DNA of 48,823 bases from an uncultured bacterium (lineage in GTDB: Bacteria; Zixibacteria; MSB-5A5; JAABVY01; JAHJOQ01), in assembly GCA_965369655.1 (NCBI GenBank), contig CBDUQR010000020.1, forward strand, positions 1-48,823, given 5' to 3'. Below the pieces are notes generated by a model that worked only from the letters and a program-made list of their open reading frames with translations, was not told the DNA's origin and ran no database searches. Within the stretch, counting starts at the first letter, position 1. Each line of letters begins with the position of its first letter. Below are positions 8,438-17,706 of the stretch, in pieces. A program made the position numbers and the translations under genes.

Positions 8438-9808
8438 TCAAATCCTCATCGCAGCAAGTTCTCTATAGAGCGTTACGGCGCTTTTGATTCCCCGGTGGAA
8501 ATCATCGAGACCGAAGAACTCATTCGGCGAATGCGCGTTGCAGTCCGGCTGGCACAGGCCGAGAAGAATCGTGTCGACGCCGAGCATTTCTTTGAATGTA
8601 TTCACAATCGGAATCGATCCGCCCTCCCTGATGTAAAACGGACGCTTTCCGAAACCGTCTTCGAGCGCTTTCTCGGCTGCCTGCATGATCGGATTGTCCT
8701 TGGAGACAATCGCAGCTTTCGCGCCGCCGAACTTGCGCACTTCGACTTCGACCGACGGCGGAGCGATTTTCTTCAGATATGCTTCGAGCTGATCGCAGAC
8801 TTTGTTCGGATCCATGTTCGGAACGAGGCGCATTGTGATCTTGCATCCGGCCCATGATGGAAGCACGGTCTTCTGCCCGTCGCCCATGTAGCCGCCATAG
8901 ATACCATTGCAGTCGAGTGTCGGCCTTGCCCATTTCCTTTCAAGCGTCGTGAAACCGGCCTCACCTTCGAGCGCCTTCACTCCGAGACCTTTTATGTATT
9001 CCTTCTCGTCGAATGGCAGCCGTGCGAACTCTTTTTTCTCCCAGTCCGCGATCGGTGTGACATCATCGTAGAAGCCATCGATTGTAATGTGACGCTTTGC
9101 ATCGTGAAGCTGCGCAACCATCGAGCAGAGGATATTGATCGGATTCGCTACCGCACCACCGTAAGAACCAGAATGGAGATCGCGATTCGGACCGGTCACT
9201 TTCACCTCACACGCGGCGATTCCGCGCAGGCCGTATGTCAACGCGGGCATGTCCTTGCCGAACTGCGCTGTGTCGGATATGATCGCGAGATCACATTTCA
9301 GCATGTCTTTGTTGGCCTCGATGAAATCATCGAGATGCTCGGAAGCGATTTCTTCTTCACCCTCGAATACGATCTTGACGTTGATCGGCAACTCACCGCC
9401 ATTTTTCAGGAATGCCTCAATCGCATGGACATGCGCCATCAACTGTCCTTTGTCGTCGGCTGCGCCGCGAGCGTAGATGATGCCATCCTTGACGACTGGC
9501 TCGAACGGTGGAGAATGCCACAGGTCAAGCGGGTCGACTGGCTGGACATCGTAGTGGCCATATATCAGCGCAGTCGGTTTGCCCTTGGCCTGAAGATGCT
9601 CGGCGTACACTATCGGATGACCCGGCGTTTCGCAGATTCTCGGTTCGAGGCCGATTCCGGACAGATACTTCATGAGAAATTCGCACGCCGTGCGCATATC
9701 GCCTTTGCGTTCGGGTTGTGCCGAGATCGACGGTATCTTGAGGAAATCGATCAGTGTGTTGTCGAATCGATCGAAATTCTGTTCGAGGAAATCATTCAGT
9801 TCAGTCAT
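8438..9808 (-). CDS. M20 family dipeptidase (ArgE/DapE/Dug1-like)
   Basis: [33 protein letters not shown] motifs. Confidence 0.93.
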   Translation of the reverse strand: MTELNDFLEQNFDRFDNTLIDFLKIPSISAQPERKGDMRTACEFLMKYLSGIGLEPRICETPGHPIVYAEHLQAKGKPTALIYGHYDVQPVDPLDLWHSPPFEPVVKDGIIYARGAADDKGQLMAHVHAIEAFLKNGGELPINVKIVFEGEEEIASEHLDDFIEANKDMLKCDLAIISDTAQFGKDMPALTYGLRGIAACEVKVTGPNRDLHSGSYGGAVANPINILCSMVAQLHDAKRHITIDGFYDDVTPIADWEKKEFARLPFDEKEYIKGLGVKALEGEAGFTTLERKWARPTLDCNGIYGGYMGDGQKTVLPSWAGCKITMRLVPNMDPNKVCDQLEAYLKKIAPPSVEVEVRKFGGAKAAIVSKDNPIMQAAEKALEDGFGKRPFYIREGGSIPIVNTFKEMLGVDTILLGLCQPDCNAHSPNEFFGLDDFHRGIKSAVTLYRELAAMRI

Positions 9809-9832
9809 TCATGTCTCCTTGTTGGGAGAGAC

Positions 9833-9861
9833 ACCTTATGGAAAATGATGGAAGATGTCAA
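9833..9861 (-). promoter_or_regulatory. Sigma70-type promoter of the intact M20 gene
   Basis: Minus strand TTGACA-N17-TAAGGT; homologous to 12784-12812. Confidence 0.5.
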
Positions 9862-9894
9862 TATGGATTTTGATTGGGAGGCTTTTCGCGAATT

Positions 9895-9942
9895 GTCGAA
9901 ACCGCCCTTCGCAGGCTCAAGACAGGTAAGGTTTCGACCTAC
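9895..9942. repeat. GTAG-type REP-like hairpin with a TCYTGAGC..CGAAGGG module in its loop
   Basis: Minus strand: gtaggtcgaaacc-ttacctgtcttgagcctgcgaagggc-ggtttcgac. Confidence 0.65.
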
Positions 9943-9964
9943 TCAACTGCCAAGCGCCCCGACA

Positions 9965-10783
9965 TCATCCGAGCGCAACGTCTAGTGTCATCATCACAGC
10001 GAACCCGAGAATTGCTCCCATCGTAGCAGCGTGAGAGTGACCACCTGTCTGCGATTCCGGAACAAGCTCTTCAATAACAACAAAGATCATAGCCCCGGCG
10101 GCAAATGACAGAGCATAGGGCAGGATAGGCTTAGCAACGATGACAAGAGCGGCCCCGATCACACCGGCAATCGGTTCCACAATCCCGGATAATTGCCCGT
10201 ACCAGAAGCTCTTTAGTCGAGACACATTCTCTCGGCGAAGCGGCATAGAAACAGCCGTGCCCTCGGGGAAATTCTGTATGCCGATACCAATAGCAAGAGC
10301 CACCGCTCCAGCGAGAGTAGCCGATGGTATATTCGCGGCAATCGCTCCGAAAGCAACTCCCACAGCCAAGCCTTCCGGGATGTTATGCAATGTTATAGCA
10401 AGCACCAGTAGCGTCGTCCGTTGCCAGCTCGTCTTAATGCCCTCTGCCTGATCGGTGGGCATTCCAATGTGAAGATGTGGCAGGAGTCTGTCGAGTAGTC
10501 GCAGAAACAGAGCACCGACTAAAAAACCAACAACTGCAGGAACCCAGGATGGGATGTCCATGCCCTCTGACATTTCTATCGCAGGAGCAAGCAGAGACCA
10601 GTAACTGGCTGCTATCATAACTCCAGCAGCGAACCCGAGCATTCCGTCGAGAGTCCTGCGACTTGGATTCTTTGCTATGAACACAACCGCCGATCCGAGT
10701 GTGGTCATTAACCAGGTGAAAAGAGTGGCCAGGAGCGCCTGAACGACCGGATTTAGCTGTGCAAACCATTCAATCATGAACAA
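9965..10783 (-). CDS. ZIP family divalent metal transporter (ZupT/GufA-like)
   Basis: LGFAAGVM, AITLHNIPEGLAVG, GIQNFPEG, FAAGAMIFVV. Confidence 0.93.
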   Translation of the reverse strand: MFMIEWFAQLNPVVQALLATLFTWLMTTLGSAVVFIAKNPSRRTLDGMLGFAAGVMIAASYWSLLAPAIEMSEGMDIPSWVPAVVGFLVGALFLRLLDRLLPHLHIGMPTDQAEGIKTSWQRTTLLVLAITLHNIPEGLAVGVAFGAIAANIPSATLAGAVALAIGIGIQNFPEGTAVSMPLRRENVSRLKSFWYGQLSGIVEPIAGVIGAALVIVAKPILPYALSFAAGAMIFVVIEELVPESQTGGHSHAATMGAILGFAVMMTLDVALG

Positions 10784-10955
10784 GCCTTAAAAGTCATTCC
10801 ACCGTCCCAGCCGGCGGGTACGACCCGCAAATTGATCAAGTGCGGGGTGATTTCGATTCTCTGTGTGACAATCGCATTTAGTTCATGCTGTGCCATTTGG
10901 CCCCAACCAACTTCGTGGCTTCTGTGGCGGTCAAATCAGTGGTTCCAACCTACCG

Positions 10956-11531
10956 TTACCAGTTTTCCGCCAGCCGCTCAAAATGAGCCTGCGGATGAGC
11001 ACACGCAGGGCAGGCTTTTGGTGCCTCGTTGCCCTCATGAACATAACCGCAATTGCGACACCTCCATACAACTTTACCACTCTCCGCAAACACTGTCCCA
11101 TCCACGACCTTGGTTAGTAAGGCCAGAAAACGTTTCTCGTGTTGTTTCTCTGCTACAGCGATAGCTTCAAATGTCTTCGCTATAGTGTCAAGACCTTCCT
11201 CGCGAGCAACCTTGGCGAACTCGGGATACATACTCTTCCACTCGTGGTTCTCACCTCCGGCGGAAGCTTTCAGGTTTTCAGCGGTACTGCTTATCACACC
11301 GGCCGGAAAAGTCGCCTGAATTTCGACGTCTCCACCCTTGAGAAACTTGAACAGTCTCTTGGCGTGTTCCTTTTCATGGTTGGCAGTTTCTTCAAAGATA
11401 TGTGCAATCTGTATGAAACCTTCTTTCCTCGCCTTGCTTGCGAAGTACGTATAACGGTTGCGAGCCTGCGACTCACCAGCAAAAGCCGTGAGGAGGTTTT
11501 CTTCGGTTCTGGTTCCGTTCACATCAGCCAT
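10956..11531 (-). CDS. rbr: Rubrerythrin
   Basis: AFAGESQARNRY, EKEH, EKQHE, and C-terminal rubredoxin WRCRNCG...CPAC. Confidence 0.95.
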   Translation of the reverse strand: MADVNGTRTEENLLTAFAGESQARNRYTYFASKARKEGFIQIAHIFEETANHEKEHAKRLFKFLKGGDVEIQATFPAGVISSTAENLKASAGGENHEWKSMYPEFAKVAREEGLDTIAKTFEAIAVAEKQHEKRFLALLTKVVDGTVFAESGKVVWRCRNCGYVHEGNEAPKACPACAHPQAHFERLAENW

Positions 11532-11747
11532 TTAGGTATCTCCTATTTCCACATCACGCCGATTAGTCGGCGCCAATCGTTATTCTTAGTCGCCTTCAAG
11601 CTCAGACGCACTCGACTCCGGCCCGTTCTCGACTAATCGCTGTCGAGCTTGATCACTGAGGTCGCAATCTTCTTCAGTCTTGTCAGGTTCCGCACAGTTG
11701 TCGCACTTGTTCCGGCCAGAATGCTTGCACCACACTTCGCATACACG

Positions 11748-12257
11748 TCACGCAGGAGTCGGCGGTACAAATACCCGCTGACCCAGTTCACGATCGACCT
11801 GAAAGAGCCCGGACTTGGAGTCACCCAGGAGCTTGAGCTGTTGGATAATGGCTTTGACCGACGCCTCTTCTTCAACCTGCTCATTCACAAACCATTGCAG
11901 GAAGACCTGGGATGCGTGATCTTTCTCCGATATGGCAATATCCATGAGGTTGTTTATCAGGCCGGTAACTTTCTGCTCATGCGCATAAGCATCTTCAAAA
12001 GCAGCAAGCGCCGAGTTCCATTCCGTAGGAAGTGAGTCGAACGATTTGATGATAGCCCGGCCATCCCGTTCGATTACATAAGCAAGAAGTTTCTCGGCGT
12101 GGGTGACTTCTTCCTGATACTGGATACGCATCCAGTTAGCAAAACCGGGCACGTCGATAGACTCCAGATACGCCGACATGCTCAGGTACAAATGCGCAGA
12201 ATAAAACTCTGCAGTAACCTGATCATTCATAGCATTCTGCATTTTCTCCGAGATCAT
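11748..12257 (-). CDS. ftn: Non-heme ferritin
   Basis: EFYSAHLYLSMS, QYQEEVTHA, HEQKVT, FLQWFVNEQVEEE. Confidence 0.95.
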   Translation of the reverse strand: MISEKMQNAMNDQVTAEFYSAHLYLSMSAYLESIDVPGFANWMRIQYQEEVTHAEKLLAYVIERDGRAIIKSFDSLPTEWNSALAAFEDAYAHEQKVTGLINNLMDIAISEKDHASQVFLQWFVNEQVEEEASVKAIIQQLKLLGDSKSGLFQVDRELGQRVFVPPTPA

Positions 12258-12287
12258 TTCTTGTCCTTTCCAACTCTTGGCAGCGGT

Positions 12288-12398
12288 CTAATTCTCAAGC
12301 AAAATGTGATCATCGTATTCGATTTCAAACCTCAGTTTGTGTTTTGCTTCTTCTTGAGCGAGCGTGAGGAATATCTCCTTGAGGTCGGCATCATCTGT
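12288..12398 (-). pseudogene. 3' remnant of a rubrerythrin/ferritin-like di-iron protein gene
   Basis: Own translation in a frame absent from the ORF track: [36 protein letters not shown] (ExxH motif). Its stop lies 30 nt before the ferritin start. Confidence 0.75.
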
Positions 12399-12760
12399 CC
12401 TTTGTCGTCGGCTGCGCCTCGCGCGTAGATGATGCCATCCTTGACGACTGGCTCAAACGGAGGAGAATGCCACAGGTCGAGCGGGTCGACTGGTTGAACA
12501 TCGTAGTGACCATATATCAACGCAGTCGGTTTGCCTTCGGCTTTAAGGTGCTCGGCGTACACTATTGGATGGCCCGGCGTTTCGCAGATTCTCGGTTCGA
12601 GACCGATTCCGGACAGATACTTCATGAGGAAGTCGCATGCGGCGCGCATATCGCCTTTGCGTTCGGGTTGTGCGGAAATCGATGGAATCCTGAGGAAATC
12701 GATCAGGGTGTTGTCGAATCGGTCAAGATTCTGTTCGATGAAATTATCCAGTTCAGTCAT
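12395..12760 (-). pseudogene. Truncated duplicate (first 122 codons) of the M20 dipeptidase
   Basis: 9 conservative aa differences versus residues 1-122 of 8438..9808. Homology stops at DDKGQ. Upstream promoter region also duplicated. Confidence 0.9.
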
Positions 12761-12783
12761 TCATGCCTCCTTGTTGGGATGTT

Positions 12784-12812
12784 AGATTATGGAAAATGAT
12801 GCAAGATGTCAA
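12784..12812 (-). promoter_or_regulatory. Sigma70-type promoter of the truncated M20 copy
   Basis: Minus strand TTGACA-N17-TAATCT. Confidence 0.55.
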
Positions 12813-12844
12813 TATGGATTTTGGTTGGGGGATATATCAGGATT

Positions 12845-12907
12845 GTAGGGCAGGTGTCCCCGACACCTGCCGATTCTCTTCGCAGGAGTGGGTCACTCCT
12901 GCGCTAC
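12845..12907. repeat. Pair of oppositely oriented GTAG-tagged hairpins
   Basis: gtag-ggcaggtgtc-ccc-gacacctgcc and cgcaggagtg-ggt-cactcctgcg-ctac. Confidence 0.7.
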
Positions 12908-12911
12908 TCGA

Positions 12912-15900
12912 CTAACAGTCCGGTTCCCCGTCACCATCAGGATCGCAGGGTGCGTAACCGCCACCGAAAATGAAGTTGATCAGATACACCACATCGTCGA
13001 TGTCCGTGTCTCCGGAGCAGTCGGTATCGCCCGATTCAATCGGGATGGGTGGTGGGCCACCACCGAAGATGTAATTGATCAAGTAGACCGCATCGTCGAT
13101 ATCCACATCACCACTTCTGTCGGCATCACCACAGATCATTTCGCATCCAACAGGCCATGCGCCCATCAGTATTGCGCAATCGTTATTGGGCGGAGCGCAC
13201 GGTGATTCGGGATCGATTCGGAGATCCATCAATTGATCTGTCGTGTCACAGAACATCGGATCGAGTGAAATGTTACCGTTGATCCCGAGTTGATCTGCGA
13301 TGCTCCCTTCCCAATCACCGTCATTGTTGCCGTAAATATCACAGCATACCAGTGTGGCGTCTCCTCGGATAGCTGTTCCATTGGTACCATAAGCGAAGAT
13401 ACAGTTCTCTAACTGAACATCGGGTCCTGACGCATAGATCGAGCCGCCATGAAGTGAGTCCCAAGGTGGATTGTGCATAGACTCGCCATCAGCAGCATTC
13501 ATAATGAACGTGCTGTTCGATACGAGCAAGTCAGCTTCCCATTCTGTATAGATCGCACCACCTTGCCAAATCGCATAGTTGTTAGAAAATGTGCAGGAGT
13601 CGAACACTGCTGTACTATACCAGGTGATGTACACAGCTCCGCCATCGCCATACGCTGCATAGTTATTTTCGAACAGACTATTTGTGACAGTCAGAGAGCT
13701 TCGATCACAATTGATCGCAGCTGCCCCCATGGCACCATGGTTTCTGAAATCGCAGTTTTCGAATTGCGCCGAGCATTCGAATAGCATGATTGCTTGGTAG
13801 CTGTTACTAATGAATGAGCAATCTGTAAGCTTCAAGTTACCGCCATTTGCGGAGATTGCACCACCACCCCACGCAGCGTTGTCTTCAAAAAGGCAATCCT
13901 CGAAATTAGGCGATGAACCTCCCCTGCAGGCAACGGCACCGCCTGTTCCCCACAGGTATACCATAGAGTTCTCGCTGAAAACACAGTTTACGAACTTTGG
14001 TGAAGAAGCCTCTTCACAAAGCACACCGCCACCCGGGTCAGCATATGCACCTGTAACCGTGATACCGCTGATTACAGTTGTTGAATCTTCACCACTGTGG
14101 AAATGGAAACCACGGCGATGGCTTTCTCCACTACCCTCGCAATCGATAATCGTTGATTGAGAACCACCTTCACCAGTCAACAGCGCATTTCGACCTCCGA
14201 AATCTATGTTACAGTTAAGAAGACCGGTATATGTTCCCGGCGATAGCATGATTGTATCTCCGTCAGCACACATCCCAACCGCAGCAGCAATGAACGCGAA
14301 ATCATCCGGTACATACACCGTGGTGGGTAAATATCGAGTCCGGAATTTGACTGCCTGCGACCACTCACCATATTCCAATTGGTCATAACCCCGCGCTCTC
14401 CACCAGTAGTTGACACTCTGCAACAGACCAGGTACAGCGTCTGTTCTCGTAATGGAATCCTGTTCCCCGACATTCTCGATTGTCGTTACAAGCTGTGTCA
14501 GATCAGCATCATAGTATATCTCGAAATCGTAAGTAACGGAGTCTCCCTGAAGCTCATACGAGTTCAGAATAAAGAGCCTGGCGTTCTCGAAATGTACTTT
14601 GTCGATATCTATGGGAGTAATCGGAGTAGGTGGATTGGGTGCAGAATTCATAGTGAATTGTATCTGATACCAACTCCCTATCCTCCAGCCAGTGGTAAGG
14701 CGGATACGACAATAGAAAGTATTTCCATTGTAAAGAAGCGATCCTGCGTAGACGGAGAATGTATCTGACGTCGAGACAAATCCAGAACTCCATTTATCAG
14801 CAACAGCCCAATCATCATCGTCACCAACCTGGACTTCATATGCTGTCTGAGTTGTAGCTGCTGAATCAAAGTACGTCCAGTAGAATGTCGGTGTATGATT
14901 GATTACATGGTTGATGTCCTCATCGCCCAGGTTAATGTTGTAGGGATGAGGGAAGTTCCTTAGACTTGTAAGTGCTCCGATGTCATTTCTGGTGAAGTCA
15001 GGGTCGTCGTACTGTGCATCCGGATCACCAGCATCTATGCATGGAGAACCCCACGCTAGGGAATAAACGTTTAAATAGGGAATAGTAAACAAGGGATCAG
15101 CTGAGATCCCGTTTGGTCCTATGATATTTTCTGAACCATTGTCCCAAACGTCATTGTAGTCATATGTAGCGTCGTCAGGAACAAGACCCTGTGCAGCGTT
15201 TGAGACTATAATGTTGTTTCGTACATCTACATTTGTTCCACCCAGGATTGTGACGCCATCTGAGTTCCCGACGATTGTATTGTTCACAATGCTTACATTA
15301 CTCTTGACGTATATTGCACCACAGTAAGTTCCCCCCGGTGAGTCGTTGCCCCAAAGCACATTTCTTGCGATAATAGCACCATTGGAAGAGGTGCTCCCAA
15401 TACCAGTGCCATTTGGACTGGTGTTATCGTATATCTTGTTTGACACGATTTGAAGGATAATAGAGTGGCTACCGTAGAAAAATACACCTCCGCCGGTTTC
15501 GGACCCGACATTGTCGTGTATTAGACAGTTTTCGATTCTTGCTCCAGAGTGTTTGCAGAAAATGCCTGCTCCGTCATTTGTGCGATTACAGAAGCTCACA
15601 TCACAGTTACGCACAATCGGGGCTGTACCGTCGCAGTATATGCCGTAAGCATTAGAAGTGTTACGAATCGTAAAACCATCAATGATACAGGTCGTATCTT
15701 CTCCATAAGCAATGGTTACGATATTCGTGTTCGGGTCAGCAGGTTCGATGATTGTTACATCACGACCGTTGGCAGATATGAGCAAGATATTATTGCCATT
15801 CATATCGATGTTCTCAACATATGTTCCAGGTGCTACCAACACCGTGTCTCCACTCATCGCCGCATCTATCCCTGTCTGAATCGTCGGCTGTTCTAATGGG

Positions 15901-15971
15901 ACATGGATGATAGTTGCAGAGCAGAGTCCTCCCCAGAGGAGAATCCCGGTTAGTGAGATTGCTTTCAACAT
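12912..15971 (-). CDS. Large secreted protein: two right-handed beta-helix (pectin lyase-like/Pmp-type GGA) regions, Fn3-like linkers, C-terminal type I dockerin
   Basis: Signal peptide; TIQTGIDAA..GDTVLVAPGTY; FxxN/GGA repeats; CGDADRSGDVDIDDAVYLINYIF...GDTDCSGDTDIDDVVYLINFIF; AGGAG RBS before ATG 15971. Confidence 0.88.
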   Translation of the reverse strand: MLKAISLTGILLWGGLCSATIIHVPLEQPTIQTGIDAAMSGDTVLVAPGTYVENIDMNGNNILLISANGRDVTIIEPADPNTNIVTIAYGEDTTCIIDGFTIRNTSNAYGIYCDGTAPIVRNCDVSFCNRTNDGAGIFCKHSGARIENCLIHDNVGSETGGGVFFYGSHSIILQIVSNKIYDNTSPNGTGIGSTSSNGAIIARNVLWGNDSPGGTYCGAIYVKSNVSIVNNTIVGNSDGVTILGGTNVDVRNNIIVSNAAQGLVPDDATYDYNDVWDNGSENIIGPNGISADPLFTIPYLNVYSLAWGSPCIDAGDPDAQYDDPDFTRNDIGALTSLRNFPHPYNINLGDEDINHVINHTPTFYWTYFDSAATTQTAYEVQVGDDDDWAVADKWSSGFVSTSDTFSVYAGSLLYNGNTFYCRIRLTTGWRIGSWYQIQFTMNSAPNPPTPITPIDIDKVHFENARLFILNSYELQGDSVTYDFEIYYDADLTQLVTTIENVGEQDSITRTDAVPGLLQSVNYWWRARGYDQLEYGEWSQAVKFRTRYLPTTVYVPDDFAFIAAAVGMCADGDTIMLSPGTYTGLLNCNIDFGGRNALLTGEGGSQSTIIDCEGSGESHRRGFHFHSGEDSTTVISGITVTGAYADPGGGVLCEEASSPKFVNCVFSENSMVYLWGTGGAVACRGGSSPNFEDCLFEDNAAWGGGAISANGGNLKLTDCSFISNSYQAIMLFECSAQFENCDFRNHGAMGAAAINCDRSSLTVTNSLFENNYAAYGDGGAVYITWYSTAVFDSCTFSNNYAIWQGGAIYTEWEADLLVSNSTFIMNAADGESMHNPPWDSLHGGSIYASGPDVQLENCIFAYGTNGTAIRGDATLVCCDIYGNNDGDWEGSIADQLGINGNISLDPMFCDTTDQLMDLRIDPESPCAPPNNDCAILMGAWPVGCEMICGDADRSGDVDIDDAVYLINYIFGGGPPPIPIESGDTDCSGDTDIDDVVYLINFIFGGGYAPCDPDGDGEPDC

Positions 15972-16014
15972 CTCTATGACTCCTGTCAAAGAATAAACAT
16001 GTAACTTTACATTC

Positions 16015-16042
16015 AATATACCTGGCGTGACAATCCTGTCAA
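16015..16042 (-). promoter_or_regulatory. Possible sigma70 promoter of the dockerin protein gene
   Basis: Minus strand TTGACA-N16-TATATT. Confidence 0.45.
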
Positions 16043-16145
16043 CGCTTTATTACGCTATTAAATCCCAGCATCAGCGCGTATAGATAGTTGTTCATCAAAC
16101 ATTTCCCTTGCCGAATGCTCTGAATGTTCGTAAAATCTTTGTTCT

Positions 16146-17198
16146 ATGGCTAACGAAGTTATCAGGATAGATGGCAGCTTTGGAGAAGGGGGCGGGCAGA
16201 TACTGCGAACGAGTCTGGCTCTCGCTACACATCTGTGTCGCCCACTCGAAGTCGTCAATATTCGCAAGAGCAGGAAGACTCCCGGACTTATGCCGCAGCA
16301 CCTGACGGCTGTCAGAGCTTGCAGGAAAATCTGCGACGCTGAAGTCGTCGGCGACAAGATCAAGTCCGATACTCTGAAATTCTATCCAAAGAAAGTCAAA
16401 CCGGGCAAATATACTTTCGACGTCGCGGAGGGGAGAAGATCCGCCGGAAGCGCGGCTCTGGTCATGCAGACCATCATGCTGCCGCTCTTTTTTGCGGGTG
16501 GTGAGTCGCACGTGAAGGTTAAGGGCGGTACTCATGTCCCATGGAGTCCTCCAGCGACATATCTCCGTAAGGTTTTTGTCCCGATGCTTGGCCGCATGGG
16601 TCTTGACGCGCAGATCAAAGTTCACAAGTGGGGATGGTATCCCGAAGGCGGCGGCGAGATATCCTGCTCGATCAGATCGGCAAAGGGTATCAAGCTGCAT
16701 GACTATATGGAACGCGGCAAGTTCGTGCGTCTGACCGGTCTCTCAGCTGTCGCAAACCTTCAGATGTCTATCGCCGAGCGACAGCGAAGACGCGCCCGCC
16801 AGGCTTTGAAAGAAGCCGGCTACGATGCGAATATCACTGTGCGTCAGGTCAGGTCGCAGGGGAAGGGGACGATGCTTTTCCTGACTGCTGAGTTCGAAAA
16901 TGTGCTGGCAGGGTTCTCATCTCTCGGGGAGAAGGGTAAACCGGCTGAGGAGATCGCCGAAGAGACAGCGACTATGTTCATTGACTTCATCGGCAAAGAC
17001 GTCTGTATCGGTCATCACCTTGCCGATCAGATGCTGCCGTATCTCTGTCTGGCGCAGCGCAAGTTCAAACTCAATGTGTCTGCGATCTCATCGCATCTTG
17101 TCACAAACCTGTGGGTCATAAAGAAGTTCTTCGATCTTCGCGTGGAAATCGAAGGTCCCCTCGGGTTCCCCGGATACATCACAGTGTCGCCGAAGTGA
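16146..17198 (+). CDS. rtcA: RNA 3'-terminal phosphate cyclase
   Basis: IDGSFGEGGGQILR, GGTHV..SP, GWYPEGGG, HLADQ. Confidence 0.95.
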   Translation: MANEVIRIDGSFGEGGGQILRTSLALATHLCRPLEVVNIRKSRKTPGLMPQHLTAVRACRKICDAEVVGDKIKSDTLKFYPKKVKPGKYTFDVAEGRRSAGSAALVMQTIMLPLFFAGGESHVKVKGGTHVPWSPPATYLRKVFVPMLGRMGLDAQIKVHKWGWYPEGGGEISCSIRSAKGIKLHDYMERGKFVRLTGLSAVANLQMSIAERQRRRARQALKEAGYDANITVRQVRSQGKGTMLFLTAEFENVLAGFSSLGEKGKPAEEIAEETATMFIDFIGKDVCIGHHLADQMLPYLCLAQRKFKLNVSAISSHLVTNLWVIKKFFDLRVEIEGPLGFPGYITVSPK

Positions 17199-17264
17199 CA
17201 GAATAATCGCATCACGCAGAGACGGTTCATTGTTCAGTGTCCTCCTCTGTTGCGAGAACCAGCC

Positions 17265-17706
17265 ATGTCAGATAGCAAGGACTACACGGGTCACACTGAA
17301 GGCTCCGTAATCAGGAGCATATTCAGGATGGGTCTGCCGACCATGATCGGTTTCGGCGCGGACTACCTGATGCGGGTCTTTTTCGATGCGTCGGGAGGCG
17401 GGTGTTATATTCCTGAAAGTGCTCGCGTTTTCATTTCCATTCGTCGGCCTCTTCATAACAATAGAACAAGTATTCTGCGGAGCGGGCAAGAACGTATCGG
17501 GGATGGTGCTCAGCATCATCGGGAACTGGGCACTCGAGATTCCACTGATACTCCTGCTCGCGAATATGTTCAACATGCAGGAGGTGGGAGTCTGGCTCGG
17601 GATTACTATCTCGGCGGCGACAGGCGCGTTAGCGTTTTACTGGTATTACACTCGCAGAACCTGGCTTAGTCACCGCGTAAAAAGCCTGAACGCCTGCGAT
17701 GCCTAA
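17265..17706 (+). pseudogene. MATE family efflux transporter, internally deleted and frameshifted
   Basis: MATE N-terminus (TEGSVIRSIFRMGLPTMIG) joined almost directly to a MATE C-terminus in another frame (FCGAGKN...EIPL...GVWLGITIS); about 440 bp in total. Confidence 0.75.

Noticed and set aside
12332-12394. C-terminal tail [20 protein letters not shown] of the 142-aa ORF
   Set aside because: Out-of-frame read-through into the rubrerythrin-like remnant, not a real domain.
9440-12830. Duplicated M20 segments as attL/attR of an integrative element
   Set aside because: No recombinase is encoded, the copies are clearly diverged, and one end truncates a cargo gene at a microhomology.
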